A stretch of DNA of 64,000 bases from an uncultured Candidatus Saccharibacteria bacterium (lineage in GTDB: Bacteria; Patescibacteriota; Minisyncoccia; UBA6257; 1-14-0-10-44-23), in contig CAZXKC010000003.1 of the NCBI GenBank assembly GCA_964641225.1, forward strand, positions 1,177 to 65,176, in the 5' to 3' direction. Of the stretch, positions 35,883 to 45,026 are shown one piece after another. The position numbers were made by a program, and so were the translations under genes. Positions within the stretch are counted from its first letter, which is position 1. Each line of letters starts with the position of its first letter. The notes beneath the pieces were generated by a model that worked only from the letters and a program-made list of their open reading frames with translations, ran no database searches and was not told where the DNA came from.

Positions 35883-36146
35883 ATGTTGACCCTCACACTG
35901 AAGAAAAAAATTATCAAAGAGCACGCAACAACCGACAAGGACACCGGATCAGTGCCTGTGCAGGTTTCGATCATCACGCGCCAGATTGAAGAGCTCACCA
36001 AGCACCTCAAAAAGCACCCGAAGGACAACCACAGCCGCCGGGGACTACTCATGATGGTCGGTAAGCGCCGCCGATTGCTTGCATACTTTGAAAAGAAGAA
36101 TGCGAAGGGGCACAAGTCACTCATCAAGAAACTTGGGTTAAAATAA
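35883..36146 (+). CDS. rpsO: 30S ribosomal protein S15
   Basis: DTGS..VQV, HLKKHPKDNHSRRGLLMMVGKRRRLL. Confidence 0.99.
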   Translation: MLTLTLKKKIIKEHATTDKDTGSVPVQVSIITRQIEELTKHLKKHPKDNHSRRGLLMMVGKRRRLLAYFEKKNAKGHKSLIKKLGLK

Positions 36147-36150
36147 AGAT

Positions 36151-36241
36151 GTTGCCTAGTTGCCTGGTTGGTTAGTTACTTAGGAAGACAAAAAGGCAAT
36201 ACGTATCTCCAAGCAACCAAGAAACTAATTAACCAAGCAAC
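36151..36241. repeat. Inverted pair of degenerate 8-mer arrays filling the rpsO-NYN spacer
   Basis: GTTGCCTA GTTGCCTG GTTGGTTA GTTACTTA ... CAAGCAAC CAAGAAAC TAATTAAC CAAGCAAC. Confidence 0.78.
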
Positions 36242-36246
36242 TACCC

Positions 36247-36867
36247 ATGAAACATCCGGAGCAACGCGTTGGAATCTTTATCGATGTACAAAACTTGTAC
36301 CACTCGGCAAAGAATTTATACGCTGCACGCATCAACTATAAGGAACTGATCAAGCACTTGGTTGCCGGACGCAAACTCGTGCGCGCTTTGGGATATGTGA
36401 TTAAAGCAGAGTCGGCAGTAACTGCAGAACAGCATCAACGCATCGAGGCGGGGGAGATCGAGGCGCGCGAGAAAACAACCAAGAGCGAGGCGAGCTTTTT
36501 TGAGGCCCTTAAACAATCCGGCATTGAACTGCGCATGAAGGACATTCAAATCTTTCATGGCGGCGCGAAAAAAGCAGACTGGGATGTTGGCATGGCTATT
36601 GATACCGTGCGAATGGCAGAAAGCCTGGACGTAATCGTCTTAGTGACTGGTGATGGTGACTTTATCCCGCTGATCGAATATCTGCGATCAGGACGCGGTA
36701 AAGTAGTAGAGGTTGCTGCGTTTTCACGAAGCAGCAGCAATAAACTCAAGGAATCGGCGGATCATTTTGTGGCACTCGATGATGTGCCGCGCGTGATCAT
36801 GAAACAGGCCGGTGTGCGTCGGGGTCTTCGCAGCAAACAGTCGTTTGCGCCGCCAGCCGACGAATAG
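36247..36867 (+). CDS. NYN domain (LabA/DUF88) PIN-like protein
   Basis: IFIDVQNLY, KADWDVGMAID, VTGDGDFIPL, AD.F. Confidence 0.92.
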   Translation: MKHPEQRVGIFIDVQNLYHSAKNLYAARINYKELIKHLVAGRKLVRALGYVIKAESAVTAEQHQRIEAGEIEAREKTTKSEASFFEALKQSGIELRMKDIQIFHGGAKKADWDVGMAIDTVRMAESLDVIVLVTGDGDFIPLIEYLRSGRGKVVEVAAFSRSSSNKLKESADHFVALDDVPRVIMKQAGVRRGLRSKQSFAPPADE

Positions 36868-36990
36868 CAGTTCATTAAAAATAAGTCGAATAATTAATTA
36901 GTAACGCTACGCGGCACGAACGAACTACGAAAGCTATGCTTTCGTACCGGATTCGTTCCGTGTGGCACACCGGTTAATACCGGGAAACAT

Positions 36991-39093
36991 ATGGATTTAA
37001 AAAAACAAACGTTCGAGATGGAGTACGCCGGCCGCAAGCTCAGCCTTGAGGTCAGCCGTTTAGCAGAGCAGGCAAATGCAGCAGTGATGGGTACCTACGG
37101 GGACTCAACCGTACTGGCGACGGTGGTCATGGGCAAGAAAGACAAAGAAAGCAGCTATTTTCCGCTGACCGTTGATTACGAAGAAAAGTTCTATGCCGTT
37201 GGTAAAATTTTAGGCAGTCGCTTTATCCGCCGCGAAGGAAAATCAAGCGAGGAGGCTGTGCTTTCAGGTCGTGTGATTGATCGCACGATTCGTCCGCTCT
37301 TTGATCACCGCATGCGCCGCGACGTACAAGTCGTGGTGACCATCTTGTCGTACGACGAGGATGACGATTTAGACTTTTTGGCCTTAACTACGGCGTCGAC
37401 GGCCATCGCAATCTCAGATATTCCGTGGGGCGGACCAGTTGGTGGCGTAAAAATTGTGCGCAAAGCCGGACAATTCATCGTTAATCCGAAAAATTCTCAA
37501 ATCGGAACAGACACCGAGTATCAAATCTTTGCAGCCGGACCGGCAGACCGTATCAACATGATCGAAGCCGAGGGCCTTGAGGCGAGTGAGGCGGATGCGC
37601 TTGAAGGATTTAAGCTCGCACAGAAAGAAATCAACACGCTCATCGATTTCCAGCAGATGATTGTTGGCAAAATCGGTAAACCGAAACAGACCGTGAAACT
37701 CGCTGAGCTTGATGCAGCCCTTAAGGCAAAAGTTGCTGCGTTTTTGGCTACAAATCTTGAAGCCTCGATCTACGCCAAAACAAAAATGGAGCACGAGGCC
37801 GGGCTCGCAAAACTAGAAGCTGATTTAATCGAGCATCTGCGCACGGAGGGTGTTGATGAAAAATTAATGAAGGCGGCTCACGATGTGATGGAGGAGATTA
37901 TCAGCGAGATCGTCCACAAAAATGCGATTTCAGCCGGTAAGCGCCCGGACGGACGCAAGATCGACCAGGTTCGCGAACTCTACGGTCAGGTTGGCTTACT
38001 GAAGCGTACGCATGGTTCGGCTTTGTTTATCCGCGGCAACACACAGTCACTTTCAGTGGCTACGATCGGTACGCCGGGACAGGAGCAGACAATTGAAACC
38101 ATGAGCTTTTCGGGTAAGCGCCGCTTTATGTTGCACTACAACTTCCCGCAGTACTCAGTCGGTGAGACCGGTCCGTTCCGCGGTCCAGGCCGCCGAGAAA
38201 TCGGTCACGGAGCGCTCGCAGAGAAGGCGATTAAGAATATGATCCCAACAAAAGAGGAGTTCCCATACGCCGTCCGCGTTGTCTCGGAAATCACCTCATC
38301 AAACGGCTCATCTTCAATGGCTACTGTTTGTGCAGCCACTTTGGCACTGATGGATGCTGGTGTGCCAATGAAAAAGCCAGTTGCCGGTATCGCGATGGGG
38401 CTTATGACTGACGCACAAGACAATTTCAAAGTCCTCACTGACTTGCAGGGCGCCGAGGATCACTACGGTGATATGGACTTTAAGGTCGCTGGCACGAAAG
38501 ACGGCATTACCGCGATCCAGCTTGATGTGAAGATCAAGGGACTCAACATGGAGATGATTAAAACCACGCTTGAGCAGGCTCGCGCAGCTCGTATGCAAAT
38601 TCTTGAGGTGCTCACGACTACGCTGCCGGCTCCGCGTAAGGAAATTTCTCCTTTGGCACCGCTGATTATGAGCGTCAAAATCCTGCCGTCACAAATTGGT
38701 ATGGTTATTGGCTCGGGCGGTAAAACAATCAATGGCATTATCGAAAAAACCGGTGCGCTGGCAATTGATATTGATGACGACGGCCTCGTATATGTTTCTG
38801 GTAAGGATAAAGCAACAACTATGGCCGCCTACAATGAGGTTATGGCGATCGTTAAGGAATATAAAGTAGGGGAGATCGTCGAGGGTCCGATCGTTAAAAT
38901 CTTGGAGTTTGGCGCCATCGTTGAGCTCGACGCCAACCACGACGGTATGATCCATGTCTCAGAACTAAAAGACGGCTTCGTGAAAAAAGTTGAAGAGGTC
39001 GTCAAAATCGGCGATCACGTCCGCGTCAAAATCATGAAGGTTGAGCCAAATGGCAAGATCGGGCTTTCACTGAAAGCTGTACCAAAGGCATAA
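36991..39093 (+). CDS. pnp: Polyribonucleotide nucleotidyltransferase
   Basis: FPLTVDYEEK, RREIGHG, SNGSSSMA, GDMDFKVAG, KH and S1 domains. Confidence 0.99.
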   Translation: MDLKKQTFEMEYAGRKLSLEVSRLAEQANAAVMGTYGDSTVLATVVMGKKDKESSYFPLTVDYEEKFYAVGKILGSRFIRREGKSSEEAVLSGRVIDRTIRPLFDHRMRRDVQVVVTILSYDEDDDLDFLALTTASTAIAISDIPWGGPVGGVKIVRKAGQFIVNPKNSQIGTDTEYQIFAAGPADRINMIEAEGLEASEADALEGFKLAQKEINTLIDFQQMIVGKIGKPKQTVKLAELDAALKAKVAAFLATNLEASIYAKTKMEHEAGLAKLEADLIEHLRTEGVDEKLMKAAHDVMEEIISEIVHKNAISAGKRPDGRKIDQVRELYGQVGLLKRTHGSALFIRGNTQSLSVATIGTPGQEQTIETMSFSGKRRFMLHYNFPQYSVGETGPFRGPGRREIGHGALAEKAIKNMIPTKEEFPYAVRVVSEITSSNGSSSMATVCAATLALMDAGVPMKKPVAGIAMGLMTDAQDNFKVLTDLQGAEDHYGDMDFKVAGTKDGITAIQLDVKIKGLNMEMIKTTLEQARAARMQILEVLTTTLPAPRKEISPLAPLIMSVKILPSQIGMVIGSGGKTINGIIEKTGALAIDIDDDGLVYVSGKDKATTMAAYNEVMAIVKEYKVGEIVEGPIVKILEFGAIVELDANHDGMIHVSELKDGFVKKVEEVVKIGDHVRVKIMKVEPNGKIGLSLKAVPKA

Positions 39094-39110
39094 CATCTGA
39101 TTATGCACTC

Positions 39111-39139
39111 CATAAAGCCCCGCATAGCGGGGCTTTATG
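39111..39139. terminator. Terminator after pnp
   Basis: CATAAAGCCCCGC-ATA-GCGGGGCTTTATG. Confidence 0.8.
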
Positions 39140-39200
39140 TTATTATTAGCGTTAATACGGCGTATATGTCGCATACGCTAAAACCATTTATTAGTACATC

Positions 39201-40286
39201 ATGCCAGATCCAATCGTTCCTCCAACGGGCTCACCGCAACCAGGACAGATCCCGTCATCAACTCAGCCGCTTACGCCCGCTGAACAGCAAATTCGAATTA
39301 TGCGCGGCGATCTTGGTGCACCGCCGACCCCAATTAAACCCGCAGGCGAACCAAAGCTCAATATTCCACTAACCGGCGCGCCGCCGGCAGCTGCGACACC
39401 GGGTAAGCCGTTATTTGATGCCGACGAACCTGTATTTACGCCAAACACGGCAAATATTCCGCCTATTCAAGGAAAGGCGAGCCCGGTTTCCGGTACGCAG
39501 ACGATTACTGCCCCGTCAGTAGACGCGCTGATTGCCGCGCAACATGGTAGAAAAAAAACAGGCATGCTTGTAGGCGGCCTTGTGGGCTTGGTTGTCTTGG
39601 CTGGGATCGGGTATTTCGTATATCCGATGCTCACTAAAACACAGGAACCTGCACAGCAACCAACGCAGCCTGTGATTCCTATCCCGGTTACTACGGCACC
39701 GGCCGAACCAATCGTGCCAGCACAGCTGGCGTTTCCGTCGCTCTTTAAAAATGAGCCGGTGAAACGCACCACCCTCGTTGCGCCTGAGCCGCTGACCGTT
39801 GCTGCACTTAACGAGACGCTTGCTCCTGCCGCCGCTCCAGCCGGATCAGCCGAAGCATTATATACCGATGCCTCCAGCACGCCGCTGAGCTTTGTAAAAC
39901 TCATAGGAGTTCTGGCGCCTTCACTGAAAGATCAAACTGCAATCATTTTTAACGGACAAGTGAGCGTATATGTCTACACCGATGAAACTGGTCACTGGCC
40001 GGGCTATGTTGCTAAAATCAACCCTAGCTCAACGCCACAACAGATCAAAGACTGGTTCACCGCACTGGAAAATACATCTGCCAAGAAAAACTTCTTTATC
40101 GGTAATCCTGGCACCCTTGGAGCATTCAAAAATGGTACGGTCAATAATACGTATCCCGACCGTTACTCAACTGGAACAACCAAAGGAGCTTCATTCGGCT
40201 ACCTTATCCTACCGGAGGAGGGAATTATACTTATCAGCACCTCATATGCAGGTATGCGCGATGGCTTGCGACTACTTGGCCATTAA
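39201..40286 (+). CDS. Bitopic membrane protein with Pro-rich N terminus
   Basis: Low-complexity N-terminal region, single TM (GMLVGGLVGLVVLAGIGYFVY), globular C-terminal domain. Confidence 0.75.
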   Translation: MPDPIVPPTGSPQPGQIPSSTQPLTPAEQQIRIMRGDLGAPPTPIKPAGEPKLNIPLTGAPPAAATPGKPLFDADEPVFTPNTANIPPIQGKASPVSGTQTITAPSVDALIAAQHGRKKTGMLVGGLVGLVVLAGIGYFVYPMLTKTQEPAQQPTQPVIPIPVTTAPAEPIVPAQLAFPSLFKNEPVKRTTLVAPEPLTVAALNETLAPAAAPAGSAEALYTDASSTPLSFVKLIGVLAPSLKDQTAIIFNGQVSVYVYTDETGHWPGYVAKINPSSTPQQIKDWFTALENTSAKKNFFIGNPGTLGAFKNGTVNNTYPDRYSTGTTKGASFGYLILPEEGIILISTSYAGMRDGLRLLGH

Positions 40287-40297
40287 ACACACGGCCC

Positions 40298-40567
40298 ATG
40301 CCAGATGCTACACGCGACATAACACTACGCACACTGGCGGCAGACGCAGGTGCAATTTCTCAGAATACGCACCCGCAAGGATCACGGATAACGTTGCACA
40401 TTAAAACAACTGCTGCACCTGCTGAGACGCTGGGGCAGCCCGCGGCAGAAAAAAAGCGCAGCCCGCTGATAATAATTCTTGTTGTTATATTTCTCCTGGG
40501 TGCACTTGGAGGAGGTGGGTATTTTGTCTACAGAAGCATCACAATCCCTTACGCGGCACCGCAATAA
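40298..40567 (+). CDS. Small tail-anchored membrane protein
   Basis: 89 aa; ITLRTLAAD resembles IRIMRGD of the upstream gene; C-terminal TM ending GYFVY. Confidence 0.55.
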   Translation: MPDATRDITLRTLAADAGAISQNTHPQGSRITLHIKTTAAPAETLGQPAAEKKRSPLIIILVVIFLLGALGGGGYFVYRSITIPYAAPQ

Positions 40568-40581
40568 AGCTGCCTAGAATT

Positions 40582-42135
40582 TTATGCCGACTCACGCAGA
40601 CGATACGTAAACGCCTCGGCAAGATCTTTCTGAAGCACGCTATCGCGCCCCTCAAGATCAGCAATCGTCTGCGCTGTTTTTAAGACACGATACATGCCGC
40701 GCGGGGAAAGCAAATTTTTAGTCGTAATTGAGCGGATAAAAAGCTCGGCCGCCTCATCGAGCGCGATTAAATCATCAACCTCTTTTGATGTCATTTCGTT
40801 ATTGAGCCGCAACGCGCCGCTGGCACTTTTACCCAGACGCTTGCCTTGCGTAGCCCGTGCTGCGCGCACTTTTGCGCGCATATCTAAGAGCTCCTGAGGA
40901 TCGGCCTTTTCTTTTTTGCGTAATGCCTCAACGGCAACACGCGGCACTGCAATTTGTAAATCAATACGATCCAGTAGTGGCCCGGAAACCTTCTTTTGAT
41001 ACCTGATAACCTCATACGGATTACAACTGCATGCTTTTTGTTCATCGCCATAATATCCGCACGGACACGGATTCATAGCCGCAACAAGCATAAAGCGCGC
41101 CGGAAACGTAAGCGTTCCTTGAACGCGTGTCACGATCGCTTTACCGCTTTCAAGCGGCTGCCGCAGCGCCTCTAATAAATCACGGCGAAATTCCGGCAGT
41201 TCATCGAGAAATAATACGCCTCGATGCGCCAAACTAATTTCTCCGGGTTTTGGGTGACTACCGCCGCCGACCACTGAGACAGGGGAGGAGGTCTGGTGCG
41301 GAGAACGAAACGGGCGAGCCCCAATATAAGGTGCGCTCCCTAATAAACCAGCGGCGCTATAAATTTGAGTAACCTCAATAATTTCAGCGATATCCGGATC
41401 AGGTAACAACGATAGCATTGCCTGAGCAAGCATAGTTTTCCCGGTGCCGGGTGGACCAACCATGAGCAGGTTGTGCCCACCGGCGGCGGCAATCATCAGC
41501 GCACGCTTGGCGGAATCTTGGCCTTTAATATCTAAAATTGTTCCGCCCTCAGCCAGCATCGGCTCGGGGAGCGTCGCTGGCTGCGGCGTAATCTGCTTTT
41601 TGCCCTCCAAGTGACCAATCACATCAGAAAGCGTTCCAACTGGAAGCACGACTACGTTTGGAATCATTGCCGCCTCACGAGCATTAACTGTCGGTACGAC
41701 TAGATATGGCATACCCTCATGCACAGCAAGGCGGGCGATGTTCATCACGCCGTTAACAGGACGCAGGCTACCATCAAGCGCAAGTTCGCCGGCAAATAAA
41801 TATTCAGCTGTTTTAAATTGTTTTATCTGACCGCTCGCAAGCAAAAAACCAACGGCAATTGCTAAATCATATTGACTGCCGGTCTTTTTAACATCTGCTG
41901 GGGCTAAATTCACAACCACTTTTCGATTTTCGCGCGAAGGCGGCATGACGCCAACATTTTTGAGCGCGGCATTGATACGTTCCTTTGATTCTGCCAGCGC
42001 CTTGTCGGCAAGTCCGACGATGGTAAATGAGTGCAATCCTGTGTGCACATCAGTCTCTACCTCGATAAGGCGTGCATCAATACCGTCTAACTCAGCAGAG
42101 AAGACTTTTGAAAGTGAACGTTTTGTAGAGGGCAT
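40582..42135 (-). CDS. comM: YifB/ComM Mg-chelatase-like AAA+ ATPase
   Basis: VNLAPAD.KK.GS.YDL, GPPGTGKTML, PGEISLAHRGVLFLDELPEF, AMNPCPCG. Confidence 0.96.
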   Translation of the reverse strand: MPSTKRSLSKVFSAELDGIDARLIEVETDVHTGLHSFTIVGLADKALAESKERINAALKNVGVMPPSRENRKVVVNLAPADVKKTGSQYDLAIAVGFLLASGQIKQFKTAEYLFAGELALDGSLRPVNGVMNIARLAVHEGMPYLVVPTVNAREAAMIPNVVVLPVGTLSDVIGHLEGKKQITPQPATLPEPMLAEGGTILDIKGQDSAKRALMIAAAGGHNLLMVGPPGTGKTMLAQAMLSLLPDPDIAEIIEVTQIYSAAGLLGSAPYIGARPFRSPHQTSSPVSVVGGGSHPKPGEISLAHRGVLFLDELPEFRRDLLEALRQPLESGKAIVTRVQGTLTFPARFMLVAAMNPCPCGYYGDEQKACSCNPYEVIRYQKKVSGPLLDRIDLQIAVPRVAVEALRKKEKADPQELLDMRAKVRAARATQGKRLGKSASGALRLNNEMTSKEVDDLIALDEAAELFIRSITTKNLLSPRGMYRVLKTAQTIADLEGRDSVLQKDLAEAFTYRLRESA

Positions 42136-42149
42136 ACTAAGATGAACTT

Positions 42150-42485
42150 TTAACGCATCGAAGACTTGCAGGCTTTGCAGTAGCGGCTCTCCGGATCTAT
42201 TTCAAGCAATTTCTGTTCGATCTCTTTACCGCACTTTTCACAAATACCATATTTGCCCTGCTCCATCTTTTGGAGCGCATCGTCAACGCGGTGAGCGCGT
42301 CGCTTCAGTGTCTCTACCATTCCGGCTTGAGCAACCATCTCGGTTGCCTCATCGGCCTCCTCTTCAAACGAATCAACGTCATCGCCCATATCAACGGGCT
42401 TTCGAAGCTTAGCAATCTGATGCGCAAGCGCATCTTTAACAACAAGCAGCTGTTTTTTGAAGTAGCCAATGAGTTTTATATCCAT
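42150..42485 (-). CDS. TraR/DksA C4-type zinc-finger protein
   Basis: Acidic coiled-coil tip EEEADEA; GKYGICEKCGKEI...PESRYCKAC. Confidence 0.9.
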   Translation of the reverse strand: MDIKLIGYFKKQLLVVKDALAHQIAKLRKPVDMGDDVDSFEEEADEATEMVAQAGMVETLKRRAHRVDDALQKMEQGKYGICEKCGKEIEQKLLEIDPESRYCKACKSSMR

Positions 42486-42522
42486 GCAGTAATGGTAACA
42501 AGCGCCCATTATTTAGGCAAAC

Positions 42523-44007
42523 CTAGGCCGTCGGAGGAGTTTGCATCTTATCTGCGCTGCCCATCGCAGCAACACGGCGCATCAATTCTTCGCGTTCAGC
42601 CTCGTTTAATTCGATAGGCTTGCTGCCATCTTGTTTCTCAAGTTGATCAATTTTCTGAGAAGGTGTAAGAGTCGAGAAGCTTTCAGTTGGCTCAGTAGCC
42701 GGTACATCAGAAATCTCCTTACTCAGATCAACTTTTTTATTAAATGCGGCCTCTAGCAAGCCCTCAATTCGCTCCTCAACAAAGGCGCTGCCTTTGGCTG
42801 CAAGCTCAACTCCTGCACCAACTCTTTTGAGCATAGAAAAGGCACCGCTGGCTAATTTACCTAAAAATGAGACTGCACCAATCGCTTTAAGCTTATTCAT
42901 AAAGCCGCCTTCGGCTTTGCCTTTTTTTGCCGCCTCCATCTGCGCTGTAAATGTAGCGAGCGCAGCATCAATACCAGACTTAGAATCTACTGGTTGCGAG
43001 GTTCCGTTTAAAAACATCTCTCTGAGCGTCTTTTGCGCCTCGTTTTGAGCCTCGGTGGTAGCGACTCCACTGAGTAATTCTAAATTTTTTACAACCTGAC
43101 CAAGCCTCTGTTGTGACTCAGGGTCACTTTTTTCTGCGGCAATACGGGCGAGGTCAACTGAAAACTCAAGAATGGCAACTTTAGAAAGCGTATCTGTTAT
43201 CGTCTCTTGTGTATTTTTTTGAGCCTCAGGAGCAGGAGAGGGTGCCGCCTCTGTAGGAGCTGCTGAAACTACGCGACTTGTTTCAATCTTCTCAAGCAGC
43301 GCTATAAAACTAAAGCCTGTGTTTTTCTCAGGAGCCTTTGGTGCAGACGCAGCAGGCTCTTCGCGCAACACCTCAGCAATAATCTGCTGAGCATCGGTAC
43401 TGACACCATCAAAATCAAGCATGGCGGCGGCTTCAAGCGAACGACGTAGTGCGAGCTGTTTTATATACCCGCCAAGCACCTCGATAGCCGTTGGCACAGC
43501 AAGGTCCTTGTTTTCCTGACTGAGAGCAGCAAGCGCACGCCCAGTTGACTCCTCCATAGCCTTATCAAGCACACCTGCATACTCATTAATCATTGCGCTA
43601 CGCTCCTGCTTGAGCTTGGTAAATTCTTCCGTACCAGCAGCGTCCAGAGACCCCTTACTCGCGAACATCTCAAGCTTTTTCTGCAGACTGAGCATCTGCA
43701 AACTCATTGCCGTACCCATTAAACTGGTACGGTCTAAAAATTCAGAATTCTCAAGTGATTTGCCCGACTCTTTTGCCTTTTGATCAAACGTAGTGAGTCT
43801 AAGCGCGGCAACATCTTTCTCTTTAGTTAAACGGTCAACGGCTGCCTCAGGAGTTTCTGGCGTAGCAATCAGCTCTGCGTGTACTTCGGGAGATTTTGCA
43901 CCCAGCTCAAATGTTGTCGGGCCAGAAAGCGACGAAGAACCTACCTGTGAGGTATCTGCCGCATCTGTCTTAGACACTTTCTGAATCTCCTCGATAGTTC
44001 CTGGCAT
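42523..44007 (-). CDS. Orphan acidic, helical 494-aa protein
   Basis: Long ORF, A/E/K-rich, no catalytic motif recognised. Confidence 0.75.
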   Translation of the reverse strand: MPGTIEEIQKVSKTDAADTSQVGSSSLSGPTTFELGAKSPEVHAELIATPETPEAAVDRLTKEKDVAALRLTTFDQKAKESGKSLENSEFLDRTSLMGTAMSLQMLSLQKKLEMFASKGSLDAAGTEEFTKLKQERSAMINEYAGVLDKAMEESTGRALAALSQENKDLAVPTAIEVLGGYIKQLALRRSLEAAAMLDFDGVSTDAQQIIAEVLREEPAASAPKAPEKNTGFSFIALLEKIETSRVVSAAPTEAAPSPAPEAQKNTQETITDTLSKVAILEFSVDLARIAAEKSDPESQQRLGQVVKNLELLSGVATTEAQNEAQKTLREMFLNGTSQPVDSKSGIDAALATFTAQMEAAKKGKAEGGFMNKLKAIGAVSFLGKLASGAFSMLKRVGAGVELAAKGSAFVEERIEGLLEAAFNKKVDLSKEISDVPATEPTESFSTLTPSQKIDQLEKQDGSKPIELNEAEREELMRRVAAMGSADKMQTPPTA

Positions 44008-44076
44008 AAATATTTAAAAATTAATGGCTGCGATTACAGTAATGATAGATTGAAGACTGTTTGTTGTAAACCAAGC

Positions 44077-44925
44077 CTATACAAGCTCTTTCTGTCGATC
44101 TTTTTTAGATCTGCGCGATTGATCAGCGCCCTCTTCGCGCTGCCCCGTCTGGCCCTTCGGGGCCTGCGGATATAATCCTTCACGCTCGAGCGGAGCCCCT
44201 GGGGCCGCTGGTCCTTCGCCTCGATCTGCGCGCTGCTTAACCTTATCCAATATATCCTCAGAATCAGAACCGGAGACTGCGGATCGGTTTTCTCCTGTAA
44301 GATCGCGCTCTTCGGGAGAGGCGCCTCCAGCATACTGCCTACCGATACCAACATCGCCGCCGGCAGTAGCAGTTCGAGCCCCGCCGCCCACGTTTGCAGC
44401 ACCCTTGACCGCGCCAGTTGCAGCGCCACCTTTAGCTCCACCGACAATTTCCATGGCCTCGCCGGCAACAGCACCTTTAACGTCCTGCTTTTCATTAACA
44501 ACTTTATTTGCGGCACTCACGCCGGCAGCAACAAGCTGGCCCTCGCCTGGAATTTGCTTCACTACATCGGCAACTGGGGCGAGAGCCTTAAGGGCTTTGC
44601 CGGCACGCTTCGCAATCTGCTGACGGATAAAAACCGTGATCACAAAACCACTACATGCCGGCAGCAGGGGGACCATGCCGCCGATTAAAGCCACTGTCAC
44701 AATACCCCCAGAAACATCTATACCAGTAAGATAAAAAAATAGCCAAAATCCGGCAATGCACACATCGATAACAATGCCTCCGACAACCGGTATCCAAAAA
44801 AACATCAGATCAATTAAAACGGCAAGCCCCAGCAGAAGAATAAAATCAACAAAATCGAGCTCTTTTTTCTTTTTTTGAGACTGCTCTTGTTGCTCGTCGT
44901 TTTCCTGGAGGGTATCGTTGGCCAT
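44077..44925 (-). CDS. Membrane protein with Gly/Ala-rich region and charged C terminus
   Basis: 3-4 N-terminal TM segments, GGAKGGAATGAVKGAA, disordered tail. Confidence 0.75.
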   Translation of the reverse strand: MANDTLQENDEQQEQSQKKKKELDFVDFILLLGLAVLIDLMFFWIPVVGGIVIDVCIAGFWLFFYLTGIDVSGGIVTVALIGGMVPLLPACSGFVITVFIRQQIAKRAGKALKALAPVADVVKQIPGEGQLVAAGVSAANKVVNEKQDVKGAVAGEAMEIVGGAKGGAATGAVKGAANVGGGARTATAGGDVGIGRQYAGGASPEERDLTGENRSAVSGSDSEDILDKVKQRADRGEGPAAPGAPLEREGLYPQAPKGQTGQREEGADQSRRSKKDRQKELV

Positions 44926-44956
44926 TACCGTTCATTATACACTCTCGCTCAATAGA

Positions 44957-45019
44957 GCGCAGTTCGAATTTTGCAACCACTACCTTGCGATGAGTCCGGT
45001 TGTAAAACTCGAACTGCGC
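44957..45019. repeat. 22-bp inverted repeat (20/22 match)
   Basis: GCGCAGTTCGAATTTTGCAACC ... GGTTGTAAAACTCGAACTGCGC. Confidence 0.75.
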
Positions 45020-45026
45020 GAAGGCC

